From Camelus dromedarius (lineage: Eukaryota): a DNA stretch of 64,000 nt. The notes beneath the pieces were generated by a model. The model was not told the DNA's origin. It made no database searches and saw only the letters and a program-made list of their open reading frames with translations. Shown here piece by piece: positions 12,126 through 24,459 of this stretch (position 1 is the stretch's first letter; each line of letters starts with the position of its first letter). The DNA lies in contig NC_087436.1 of assembly GCF_036321535.1 (NCBI RefSeq), positions 5,704,001 to 5,768,000 on the forward strand. Direction: 5' to 3'. Made by a program: the position numbers and the translations under genes.

Positions 12126-13867
12126 ATACTATTTTTGTTCTCCTGCTCTTCATCAGATGGGTTTGGTTTAGTTTTTAGACAGTGATATATTTGAAAAGTG
12201 AGCATGCTTTATCCAGAGGGACACATTTTTTGGTAACTATTGGCTTAACTTTTGAATTAGGATGCACTCTTGAGATTGAATTTGTATCCAGAAACATTTC
12301 CTACTCTGAATGAGATAATGGCGTAGAACCGGCCAGAGAAACAACATGGCAGTTAATCGAACACAAGTTTAAATGTTATTGGTATAGATTTTTTTTTAAA
12401 AAGGAAGTCCCAATGTTTCTTTTTATTGATGCTGTAAATACTTATGAAGAAAACCATCTTTCAGCCTAATAGTTGGTAAGGAAATATGCATGCTGATCTT
12501 TGAATACTGGGTGTCCTAAAACCTTTTTGAAAAAGGTGGACTTCCATATCCAAACATAAATTGCCATTCTTACACATTAATTGGCTTCTAGAAAATGTAG
12601 AAACATTCTGCAAGTAAAAATTTGAACTGGATAAATTATGTCAAGTATGCACTTTAATGTTTAGTTTTAAAAAGTTTATAAAGATAGTGGTGTTCACCTC
12701 TATTAAATGATAAAATACTAATATCTGGCCTTGAAGATTATATAAAGCTTTTGCATATAAAAATTTATTATTTTTATGGTAATGTGTACATTTCCAAGGA
12801 TTTTCATGTTTAAGTCTCTGGTTTATATTCACTGTTCACATGTTCTCACATTCCTGTTACCATGATGTCTTTGCTGATAAAATGCAACACAACAGCCAAA
12901 CAAGAAGACATTTTCACAAGCACAAGCTTTATCATTTATGCCTGAAAAGCATCCATGATTTGCTGTTTTTGCTTTGTTTCACCTTTTTATATTTCCCATA
13001 GTGTGCTTTTTCCATGTGACCAGCTGTCACTCCCAGGCATCCACGTGGCCTTTCTATGTCCCCTTCTTGATCAATAAGACTCTACAGAAATCTTTCTCTC
13101 TCTCTTTTTTTTTTTTTTTTGATTTGTCTGCTTTATTATTGCTAGTTTGCTTTTAATCAGAACCAGTCATCTTACACTGCTCCCTTTGTCCCAGAGGGGT
13201 AGTGCCATTTGATTATGTTACAGTAGATCATTTACGGCCAGATGAATCCTTGACACACCACTTGACTTAATTTTCTTTAGATGCTCAGTGATAGGTTTGA
13301 ATTAAGCCACTGATTGCTCTTGACATATGCAACTTTCTGATTTTTCTGTTTTAAGGATCTAAAGTCAAAGTAGCATATTTGGGTTTTTTTTTCAAATTAA
13401 GTATTTTCACATAGCTATTGCTAATTTTTCACAAGCTGTTATTTTTCTAGACTGGTATGCTGAGGTATGGTTTCAGCAAGTCCCCTGGTGTTTGCAACTG
13501 AATATTCACACAGTTGAGAAGCTGGCTCTAGAACCAAGTGATTCAAAGTGAAATAGGAGTGTACTGAACCAGCAATCTTTCTTCTACATAATTTAACATA
13601 AGCCAAATAATCTCTCAAGCTGAGATCTGCCTTTCTTGTAATGCATAATCTGCATGCGCACCCCCACCAACTCCCATGCGAAGCTGATTGAGTTCAAATG
13701 TGGTACCTAGCAGAAATCTCTCTAATGTACCCATAGCAACAGCAATGCTGTATTTTCAGTGATTTGCTTCAACATCCGTTTCCTTTATTACAGCATGAGC
13801 TTCCTGAAGGCAGGGAGCAAATATGCCTTCTTCATCCTTGAGTACTTCACTCTTCTTCAAAATTACG

Positions 13868-14040
13868 ATAATAACAGTTTACACTTACACAGCACATATT
13901 CTGATTCAGGCATCACACTGGGAAATGCATGCTATGAGTATCAACCTCAGATGGGGATTCTGAGACACAAAGACACTGAGAGGTAAAATAATTTGTTCAG
14001 AGTCACAGAGCCAGTGAGAGATGGAAGCAGGTTTTGTACA
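13868..14040 (-). mobile_element. MIR SINE fragment
   Basis: CTGAGACACAAAGACACTGAGAGGTAAAATAATTTGTTCAGAGTCACAGAGCCAGTGAG resembles the MIR core. Confidence 0.65.
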
Positions 14041-14699
14041 GGAGCGTGTGGTACAGCATTTGTAACCCCCACGTGCGAAGGTACAGTTCCCAATAAATGC
14101 TACGTGATAAAAAAAAATGTATCTTAAAAATAAAAATGAATTAAGGATTGCACTCATCAGAGTGCCAGAGGGAGCGCTCAAGCATCCCTGAAAACCATCA
14201 CTGGATGGATAATGAAGTAGAGAAAAGGGTACTTAGTGAAGTCCCAGGGGAGGGAAGTATGTGTCCTCGGAAAGACCAGTCTAACACGTGTTATACGAGG
14301 GGGAGCTCCCTGACAGATGTGCCCAGGGATGACGGAAAATTGCTAAACTGCCGTTAAAGAGAGCGCATCCCATTAGTTTCTGTTTGTCTGAGTTTGGAGC
14401 CTGAGCAGAATTGCTAAGAAAATTCAACATAAATTATCTGCTTCTCCAAAGAGACTTCGTTGTAGCACATTATTTTTACATAATGCTGTTCTATTTAAAT
14501 CCTATTTTATGACCAGATTCCTGCAAATATCTCCCAACTCAATAGAAATTCATTTTGTTTAACCATCTTTAGAATGACTTCCTTTTGAAAAGACCTGTAT
14601 TATTTGATTTCTTCTAGTCTCTTTCTCTGATTAAACCCTTCCTATCCTCAATAGGAATATAAGTTCTCCGAGGATATTTTTTTCCCCTCTTATCTCAAA

Positions 14700-15140
14700 T
14701 CTTCTCAGGTTATAGTCTCTCTCTCTCTCTGGGGAAATCCTTTTCCCCCTGTGGATTTGATCATCATCACTGAAGTTTTTCTGGATGAGTGTGGATGGCT
14801 CTGATCTCTTTAATCAGGACTAGATCTGTTTACTCAACTGTCTAGTGCACTGATTATTATGAACATCTTTGACATTATTAATTATAACTACTATTAATTG
14901 AATATCCATTAGCTGCCAGTCACTGTTTTAAACATTTTATGTACATCAAAGCTTCTAATCCAGGACCAATATAAGTCTGATACTATTAACATAGTCATTG
15001 TACTTGAATGAAATAGAGGCGAAGAAATTAGATAATTTGCTCCAAAGCGTCAAAGACAGCTGGAAATTTCCAGAGGCACTTCAGTCTGAACAGGCTCAAA
15101 ACTGAAATCATTATCTTCCCAGTGAAAACTGTCCCTCCAT
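14700..15140. mobile_element. L2 fragment interrupted by a MIR (~14880-15050)
   Basis: L2-like TACTCAACTGTCTAG...CAGGCTCAAAACTGAAATCATTATCTTCCC flanks a MIR-like segment. Confidence 0.5.
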
Positions 15141-15533
15141 CTGGAAAGGCCATCTTTGGTTACGTTTGACCCTTAGGCTACTCTTGTCAATCTGACCCTC
15201 CTTATGTGTAGAAAAACATGAGTAGCATTTTCATCCGTTTTGTAAAATGTAGGAGAAACCCTTCCAGAGCTGATCTTTCACAACTCACACTTCACTTACG
15301 AATAGATGCAAATACTCATCAAGGTATTTTGAACATTAATCCAATAGAAAACAATCAACCCATCGTCCTTAATGTTGGTGTTCCTGAAATTGTAATCCAC
15401 TTCATTTTTAGCGATCAAGTATTGTTCCTTTTGTCAAAGATCATGTCTTGATGGTCTAATATCGGTTTCCCAGGGGCCTCATGTTAACTGCCTGCGCCTC
15501 CATTTAATTATATGTTTATTTCCTGAATGGATA

Positions 15534-15595
15534 ATTTTTTTTTAATCTTCCTCCACCACCTAATACATTTTTTACTGAAGTGTAGTCAGTTACAA
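15534..15595 (-). mobile_element. Extremely 5'-truncated L1 3' end with 15-bp target-site duplication
   Basis: Minus strand reads TTGTAACTGACTACACTTCAGTAAAAAA, the same terminus as the copies near 18790 and 27590. TSDs are 15519-15533 and 15596-15610 (13/15 identical). Confidence 0.7.
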
Positions 15596-17269
15596 TTTCC
15601 TGAGTGGACATTTATTGAAGGAACATTACATGAATGGCTCTATACTATAGAATGAGACAAGGTTTTTCTGGCTATAATATAATTCTTCTATGTTAATTAT
15701 TTTTTAATTCATCCAAAAATCTTTACTGAGAACCCACTCAGGCAGGGGCCATCTGTATCGTACTCAGAAGATAAAGTGTTGACTAGGGCACCCAGAGTCC
15801 TCGCCTGTCTGGAACCTCCTGTGTGATGGGTCAGAAAGATATTGCACACTAACCACAGGAAAAGCTGAGTTGCGACACAAAGCAGGTGCCTGGGAAGGAG
15901 GCAGGTGGGGCCAGCCTCCTCGGGAAGAGGACAGGTCAGCTGAGACGTACAGACAAGGAGGTAGGAGTTGGAGGAAAGGGGACAACATGTTGGAGGGAGA
16001 GCCATTCAGGCAGAGGAGGCGGCTCACAGCCAACCTTGGAAAGTGGAAAACACTAGATAGTCTGGGGTGTGGAGCGCCAGCCGAGAACAAGCTCCATCCT
16101 GCTCACCAGCTGGGGCAAGCTCCTCTCCCCTCTGCTTCTCTGTAGCCTCTGAAGCATTTCGTTCAGCAGGTATCCATAGCAAGGGTCACATTGTCTGCCT
16201 TCCGGAGGATGGTGTTGCTTGAGCACAGGTGACATTCATCTGCTCCTTGTAGCAAACATCTTAGACAGGAGTCATGGTGACAAACGGTGGTGATGCAGGT
16301 CTGGTAAGAAATCTGCCCATATTCTGGAAGCTAGGAAGTGTCAGACCCAGAACTTCCAGTACCTCCACCCTGACCTTTGTATATGACACTCCAGTCTCAT
16401 CTCCAGGGAGGGAACATGCGTGTGGTTAGGGTCCCACCCAGAATGACCTGCCCACGTGCTTCCAAGGGGGTGCATTTTGCTTACCTTGGAATCGTCTTTG
16501 GGTCCTAGAAGAGAAGAAAACACATCTCCTCAGTGAAGATTTCCTCTTTGTTCTTAAGAAGATCAAATGAATCTGAACTCCCTCCCTTTTGGTAGTAAAC
16601 ATATCTCAATCAGTTTCTCCAACAGAGATAATTTCTGCTATTTTTTCAATAGCAGGTTTTATCAAAGAGCATTTCAGAGGAAATATATTTCTCACAATAT
16701 AAACTGCTAGCAAAGACCCTGGAAAAATCCTATAGTCAGAAATATTTCAAAGCATGAGCACATTCAGAGGGTCTGACTGGTTAACACAGCACATCTGATC
16801 TTTCCCAAGCCCCCTGCGGGGCACTGTGATGGAACTTCTGTCTTCAATCTTAGGCCCTCTGTCTGTTTCTAAAATGTTATTTTTGCCATTGGAATTCAGG
16901 ACTGAGGCCATAATAATCCATGAAAAAGACCTACTCATGTTCAAAGTCAAGGAGAATCTCGCACGTTGAGTTGAGCCTACTGTTTGTCAATGACTGCTCA
17001 AAAATACCAATTTTTTGGCTTTTAATAATTGGGTCTATTTCTAAGTGTCAAAGGCACTAGCAACTGCTTCTATTGTACAACCAAGGATCCATATTTGTAG
17101 TATCTAAACTGTGCTTAATCCACCAAAAGGAACAAAAATGTTCATCAGAAATGATAATGTGAGAAGAAAAGAGATAGCTTTGATGGTAAATTCGTTGTAT
17201 GGAATTGCATCTACATCGCACCTTCCTTAATTACATCTTCTGTGGGATGGCCCTCCTGAGTATATGACG

Positions 17270-17980
17270 TTCATTCATTCACTAGGAAATTCTCACAAGT
17301 ATTTGTTAGATGTTCATGACTCATCAAGCCATGAAAACAGGAAGGTTGATGTCTACTGGGGGGAGACAGACACGTAGAAAGATAATTACACTATGTTTTA
17401 CACTATCACTCACTAAATATTCATTGCACACCCATTACTGCTAAGGAGGATCCCTGGTGCTGGAAACAGGGAAGAAAATCTTGATGAAATTAGTCTTTTT
17501 TCCCCCATGGTGATTATTCTCTTTCAAGGAGAACTGGAACTAAGCAAAAGGACAGATAGATGTATCCAGTGGTGATGAGTCCAGGAAGCAAAATAAGGCG
17601 AGGTAAAGAGATGCAGAGTGTTTGGAGCTGTTGTTTTTGAGACAGTAGGCAGAGGAGGCATGTCAACCCTGAGATCTGGGTAAAATTTGAGCAAAACCAT
17701 AAATGAAATGAGAAAGTTTTGCAACAGTCCGGCTGAAGCGTTGCCAGCAGAGGTACCTGGAAGTGTGAAGTAAGGCTGAAATTGCTTAGGAAATTCAGGG
17801 AACTGTGGGCAATAAATGGCTTGAACACCGTGAGCTGGGAGGCAGTCATTAGAATTGGGAGCGGCTGTGCCAGCAATCCTGACCTTTCAGGGTTTGAGGG
17901 CATCTTAGGGACTTTGGTTCTATTCAAGAATGATGAGTGTCAACAGAGAATTTGGAACAAGGAGGTGTCTTGAAGGAATT
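17270..17980 (-). mobile_element. L2 LINE fragment
   Basis: TTCATTCATTC tail and a purine-rich body typical of antisense L2. Confidence 0.6.
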
Positions 17981-17986
17981 CATGTA

Positions 17987-18455
17987 CAGATGATCCTGGT
18001 CCCTGACTTACCCTGGTTCGACAGAAGATTTTTTGACTTTACTGTGGTGTGAAAGCCATGCACGTTCAGTAGAAATTGTGCTTGAAATTCTGAATTTTGA
18101 TCTTTTCCTGGGTTAGCGATGCACAGCACGATCCTCTCTCCTGGGGCCAGGCAGTGGGAGCCCCGGCAGGCAGCCATCACGAGGGTAAACATTGGGTACA
18201 CCTACAACCACCTGTGTTTCACTTGCAGGACTGGGTACAAGGGGAGAGTCAACACTTTATTGTAAAAGAGACTTTGTGTGAGATGATTTTGTCCAACTGC
18301 AAGCTAATGTTGTTGTTCTGACCACTTCTAAGGTAGGTTAGACTAAACTACGATGTCTGGTAGGTGAGGTGTATTCAGTGTACTTTTGACTTGAAGTATT
18401 TTCATTGTAGGATGGGTTTATAGGGATGTCACCCCATCATACGTCAAGGGAGATG
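17987..18455 (-). mobile_element. Tigger3/MER7-type DNA transposon (non-autonomous)
   Basis: Left end is TA-CAGATG..GGTCCCTGACTTAC. Right end is ...GATGGGTTTATAGGGATGTCACCCCATCATACGTCAAGG. Internal AGGTAGGTTAGACTAAACTACGATG is characteristic of MER7. Confidence 0.8.
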
Positions 18456-18494
18456 AAGATCGGCATTCAGATTGGCTGTGGTTCAGAAAATAAT

Positions 18495-18715
18495 CATCAC
18501 TAATAGCTGGCCAGTGCTTACTAGGTGCCAACTCATGCAAAGCGTTTTATCTCAAATATCCTATCCCATCCTCAAATCACATCTATGAGGTGGATTTTGT
18601 TATTTTCCTTATTTGACAAGTGAGGAAACTTAGATGCAGAAATTAAGTGACTCCTACAGGGTCATTGAGTGAGTGAACATGTGAGCTGGAAATAGAAATT
18701 TGGTAAGTCTGACAG
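18495..18715 (-). mobile_element. MIR SINE
   Basis: ATGAGGTGG...ATTTGACAAGTGAGGAAACTTAGATGCAGAAATTAAGTGACT resembles the MIR core. Confidence 0.7.
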
Positions 18716-18752
18716 TAGATGAAGAGGATTGTGAGCAAAAGTAAGCAGTTCA

Positions 18753-18822
18753 GAAATGTGTCACCAGAAATTGACACATTGTACCTGACACATTGTAACT
18801 GACTGTACTTCAATAATTTTTA
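18753..18822 (+). mobile_element. Short L1 3'-end insertion with 16-bp TSD
   Basis: CACCAGAAATTGACACATTGTA...ACTGACTGTACTTCAATAA. TSDs are AAAAGTAAGCAGTTCA (18737-18752) and AAAAGTAAGTACTTCA (18823-18838). Confidence 0.75.
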
Positions 18823-18859
18823 AAAAGTAAGTACTTCAATTAGAGTTATGCTGAGTACA

Positions 18860-19400
18860 GAGGACCATGACCCCTGGGGGTGCTATGAGACATGCATGGA
18901 TTAGGGGTACACTTTGACAATACAGCCTCAAGGCTGTGGTGGTGGATTTTGGATGAGGGCATAAGCTTGGTCACTGGGTGAATAATGATGGTGGTGACAT
19001 TTACTGAGACTGGAAATGGGAGGGAGCAGGAACAGGTTTTTAAAAAATTATTGTTTGTTTCATTGCTTGATTTTGTTTATTTGCTAGCATGAAAAATCAA
19101 GAATTATTTTGGTCATGGAAGTTTGAAATACTTAGACCCCCAAGTGAGACTGTCAAATGAGCACTTGGAAATGCTTGTGCTGAGATATGAAATTTGAGAG
19201 TCATCGATGAAAAGACTGCATTTAAAGCCATGGGAACGGATACAATATCACCAAAGAGGTCCCCGTGTTGAGTCTTGGACACTCCGATGTGTACGTACAA
19301 GTGAGGATTTGAGGAGGAGCTGGTGGGGAAGATGGGAAAAGGCAGCCAGTGAGAAGGGAAGAAAACCAGTAGAGTCTGGTGTCCTGTAAGCAGTCACGTC
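18860..19400 (-). mobile_element. L2 LINE fragment
   Basis: TGATGGTGGTGACATTTACTGAGACTGG...GAGATATGAAATTTGAGAGTCATC is typical of antisense L2. Confidence 0.65.
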
Positions 19401-22080
19401 TGTGGAGTATCAGGCAGAATGGACCTAACGGAATTCCTATACCAGGCGACACCTAAAATTAACCAGATAAGCTGCGGGCAGTCACACAAAGGAAGAGGCA
19501 GAGTTAATATCCCCTCAGATGTCTATGCAAAAAAATGTAAAACTGATGTGTATTGAATATCATGCTTTCTTTATTCAGTGAGTACCAAGAACAAGGACCA
19601 GATGGATAAAGGTACAGTGGAGAAATTCACACACACGCCAAATAAGGTTCAAGAAAACTTTACTTACTGTGGTTATCATGGTCACCAGAATAGGAGAGTT
19701 TTGCAAACCCCAACTTTCCCATATTAATGAGACGCCAGGGCTGCACATTTCTAAGCCCATCAGAGTTACAGTGGGTACCTTGCTATTCAAATTTGTGGCT
19801 GGAATTGCACTGGTTCTGAGTGTTTGGTTTCCTTCATATTAGCATGAGAGCAATAAACAACAAAAACGAAATCCAATCACCCTGAAGATAGTTAAGCTGA
19901 GTATTTGCGACAATGCTAAGGAAAGCTGGGCCAAGGCATAATTAAAAGCATGACCTTGGGAAGCAGGGAATTCTGGTTCCAATTAAATAAGTACTCTACC
20001 AGCTCTTATGTGTTAGTTGGAAATTTATCTAGTTTCCTTACTCTCAACACATCAGGAAGATGAAGATAGTACTAGTGACTTTTTCTCAGAGGGGTGGAGA
20101 CTACATGATACGCTTTAAGTTACATAACAGTACTTGGTCTAAGGTAAAACCGACCTACGTTACTTTGTTGTACCATGTCAAGTTATAATGTGAGCATTTC
20201 CTTAGATCACCAGTCTGCAGAAATATTACTCTAAGGGGTTATGATGAGTTTATTTGCATGATTAATTTCCCATCGCTAAGCTTGAAGGCTATTTTTAAAT
20301 TTATGGTATTAATAACATTTCTCTGAGTATCAAATTACATAAATCATTGTCTACACCTTTGATTGGCATGCCTTTATTAGTTTAATTTCCTTGCTTCTAT
20401 TTTAGACTACCATTTATATTTCATGAAAATGAATTACAGTTTCACAATAATAGCTATGAGTTTACCGCATTCGTCTACTGATTTTTCTACACAACATATA
20501 CCACAAAGAATTGCAAATCATTATAATGTTCCTTTGTGCTACATTTTTGTTAAATTGACAGGGATAATGAAGGGGAAAGTTAACTGCAGCCTGAAAACTC
20601 CTTCTGAAATAGCATTTGAAGGTACCTTTGTGAAGCAGTCTTCACCTACCTGGGAATTCACTCACGCCAGGGGAAGTCTCCCCTTCCACACAGTTTAGGG
20701 TGTAGCATCTATTTTGAATGTCTTCCCTTTGGGTAAACGTAATATTCTTCAGGACATAGATCATGAAGAGTATGGTTTTTCTAGCCAAATGGTTGTGGTA
20801 TTTTTGAGATATGGTTGTCCAAAGAGCAGAGAGGCTTCCTTTTCCTTGCAAAGCTAAAATGGAACAAATTGAATCTTTTCATAAGGCAGCTGTTGAAAAA
20901 ATGGGAACTTCAATAGGCAGGAGGACATTAATGATAAAAAGCTTTTTTTTTTTAAATAATTTGTTATTGTTTTTCAACATAGCTCCTATATTTATTTAAA
21001 AAAAAACAACAAAGATAATTGAACTGGGTGTTGAATGTGTGGTTTTCTTGGTCCTGTAGCAGGTGAGATGCCTTCTTCGAGTTGTTTCATGAGTCAAACC
21101 ACTGCTGACTTTTCCCCCTGCTATGCCTTAAGGCTGGGAGGACAAAGAAGGTTGGTCAGAGGCCACGCTCTCTGCACCCAACGTGATCACTGTTCCCCAG
21201 ACCGAGGTGATGGCAACTGTGAAGGCATCTGCCTTCCAACCTTCCTTCCTGATTTTATTTTAGGTACTGGAAGAAAGTTCCATAGAAAGGCGGTACAAAG
21301 ACCATTAACAGTGTAGAACTGATCTAATGGTAGATATCAGATATTGTTCTTACAACCTGAAAATCCTTTCTGAAACAGAAAAAAAAATGGCTCTTTAGTC
21401 AAGGATGCCTTACAATTTTTTAAACCTATACTGCCCCTGGGAAAATGAAGTCATTCTCTTTAAAGCATATGTGCTGTTGAAAGCAAGATACACAACCAGC
21501 TCAAAATCCTAAGGTGTCTCAATTCTATTCTCAAAACACCATGCAGGGAGCGAGGATATTTTCCTGGCAGGAAACAATTCTACCTTCGAACATTTTCATG
21601 ATTGTGATGTACCTGAAGATGAGGTCTTGCATGGGAGCCTGACTGCACCAGTGAGGAAGTCAGAAGGCAGATTTGACAATTTAAAAAGTGATGCCAAATG
21701 TAACCATCTGCTGTGAGTCCCCCACCAACTGAAATTCTCAAGCAGGGTCTGGGTTTGGTGGAACGAACCAGTGCTTTTGGTGAGTTAGCAAGCCGGCTAC
21801 TAACAGAAATACTTGCTGATTCCAGCTTTGTTGTACCAGGTGCTCTCTTGTTCAGCTAGTCCTCAAAGGTCTTTATTCTCTGATCTCATCAAAGCAGCCA
21901 GAAGAAATTTAGAGGTGCATTGTTACCGAGTGTGATGATGTGGAAATAACACACTACTCTCTGGACTTGAACCTTCATCCTGGTGTTCACTCCCTGTGTG
22001 ATACTGGGCAAGTCCCTTCTCTACCTGAATGTCTCATTCATCCTCTGTGACATCAGAATTTTAACAACTACCAGCAATCT

Positions 22081-22220
22081 TTTTTTTTTTTTAATTTATT
22101 TTATTTTTTGGTGGGGGGAGGCAATTAGTTTTATTTATTTTTAGAGGAGGCACTGGGGATTAAACCCAGGACCTTGTGTGTGCTGATCATGTGCTCTACC
22201 ACTTGAGCTACACCCTCCCC
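22081..22220 (-). mobile_element. tRNA-derived SINE (Vic-1-like, camelid)
   Basis: Minus strand reads GGGGAGGGTGTAGCTCAAGTGGTAGAGCAC...GTCCTGGGTTTAATCCCCAG with Pol III A/B boxes and an A-rich tail. Same family as the copy at 59715. Confidence 0.85.
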
Positions 22221-22249
22221 TTCCCTGAAGATCTTAACATGAGAAATAA

Positions 22250-23030
22250 AGGAATCTCAATGGCACAGATACAAACTATGCTAAGAAATTGGGGTGCTAT
22301 TCTTGACTCCCCTTCCCTGATAAGCTTCCAATTCTTAAACTCAAGAAATTACCAAAGACTGTCAGCTCTGCCTTCCAAGTACACTCCGAATCCACGCATC
22401 TCTTTGTCTCCTAGCTGTTATCACATCCACCCAACAATGATCATTTCCCCCCTGAAGTATGGAATTCACCTCCTAAATGGTCACTCTGCTTCTACACATG
22501 ACTCTTTGGTCCTAACACTTTACATGTGGTCTCCAGGGTGGCTGGAGGGATCTCATAAAAACATATTTAAAATACATATTTATCTCCTGCTCAAAATGTC
22601 CATCGTATTCAGAATAAATCCAGACTTCTTCAGCACCACGAGTCCCCATGTCTCCTTGACTTGTCCCCTCCCTCCCTCCCTCCAATCTTGTCCCTCAAGG
22701 AGGCCAGGCTGTACTTGCCTTGGGGCCCCTGCCTATGCTGTCCCCTTTGCTTGCAGAGTTCTTCCCCTGCCTCTCCCTTCAAGTCCTTTCTTGGCATTTG
22801 GGCTTTAGTCTTCCCGAGAGCCCCATTTAGAAGAGCTACCCCCCTCCAGTCTCTTTCTATTAAGTTAGCCTGTTGTACATTCTTCTTAACGGTTATCATT
22901 GACCACAGTTACCTTATGTACTTTCTTGTTTACTGTCTCTCTTTCTCTCCCTCCGAAATACAGGATTCACCACTGTATTTCCAGCACAAGGGACACTGTC
23001 TTATTGAGATAGCCAAACAGTGTAGGATTA
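22250..23030 (+). mobile_element. L2 LINE 3' fragment
   Basis: ATCATTTCCCCCCTGAAGTATGGAATTCACCTCCTAAATGGTC is a degenerate L2 IISxLDYxNxLL region, followed by a pyrimidine-rich L2 3' body. Confidence 0.65.
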
Positions 23031-24459
23031 ATAGACACATAACTCCTCTCCTCTGCTTGACACAAAGTCAACATTCCATTAAAATCATTGCTATATATCC
23101 TTCCATTCAATTTCCAGTGGGTGATTCTACCTCAATACTATCTAATATCGCTTTGGAAAGTTGAAAAGTAAATTTAGCCCCCAGTATTGACGTGATTACT
23201 CAGCACGTGGATGGATGTAAAATATGTGTTCCTAATTACTATTGTTTCATCTTGTAAATTATTGCTTCATCTTATAAATTATTTATCAAAAATGAGAGTG
23301 TACAATAATGTGTGATTATCTTCCATCAGTAATATATTTTTACTAGTATCTTATTAATGTGAATTATATTTTTATTTGACCAAAAATGAGGGGAGTGTGG
23401 TGCTATGAGGAAGGCACTGACTTGCAATTAGGAGACAGACATTTGTCAAGCACCAATTTAGTGACTGGTATTAGGTGTAAAAAGTGGTATGAAGCAAGGT
23501 CCTCCAAATGGTCTTTTCATCTCATTTTGTTACTAAATATAGAATGGCCCTGTTTATTAAAAATTTGCATTATTGATTTTGGAAAAATATTCTCCAGTCC
23601 AGCATTGCTCAGTATCCCTCTGCATGAAATAGTTTCTTTTCCACCCCTCTTATAATAGAAGAAAACAATGTTCTCCAGAAGTTCCTTAAATGTTCTTAGC
23701 TTTTGTTCTGAAGTCTTTGATGTAAAGCATACAGCTGCTGATATCATGGTGGATTTTGTGCAACAGCAAATATATGATCCAAGGTGAATGAGCTACTTAC
23801 TCAGTCCTTCAGTGGCGAACTCCTCCTGAGATAAGTTTGCCATGCCTCTAGTCCTAGTTGAGGACCATCTGCAGCAGCATAACAGAAATACTGGTTTTCC
23901 TACAAGGCAGCAAATATTGGTTCTTAGAGAAACTCAATAAACATTTACTAAAAAGAGAAAAAAAGAGAAAGAACAAGGAAGTTGTAACTGGAATACATGA
24001 TCTAGCATATTTACTTGTGAGACGAAGTTTTGTGCACTCTTGCATCCAATAAAATGTGTAGACTGAGAGAATTCTAACACATTCCCAAGTATTTTGAAAG
24101 AAGAGGGATGTGCTTTAGACTGCGTTTGTGTTCCTGATAATTGATAAACACATCCTTTGACAAAATCTAGACTCTACTCTATAACTGAGCAGTAAAGCAT
24201 TCAAGAGCTTGGGTTTGGAGCCAGGCATATCCAAGTTTGAGGAAATCACTTCTACACTTAAGACTCTGATGATGACTTCATCTTATCTTTGAGTTACTTC
24301 TATTTCCTCAGCTTCATCCTTTTATTTCCCATTGCCTTAATAACACTTCTAAGTATAGATTCACTAAACATCAAAATTACATGATTTTTCTTCTCAACAT
24401 ACCCTAGGGAATTCAGTAGTTTGTCCAATTTTTTAGAAAAGTGTCATTGGTGTGCTGAT

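Noticed and set aside
22176..23164. 210-aa and 167-aa ORFs
   Set aside because: They span a SINE and an L2 relic, show no recognisable domain and have no splice support.
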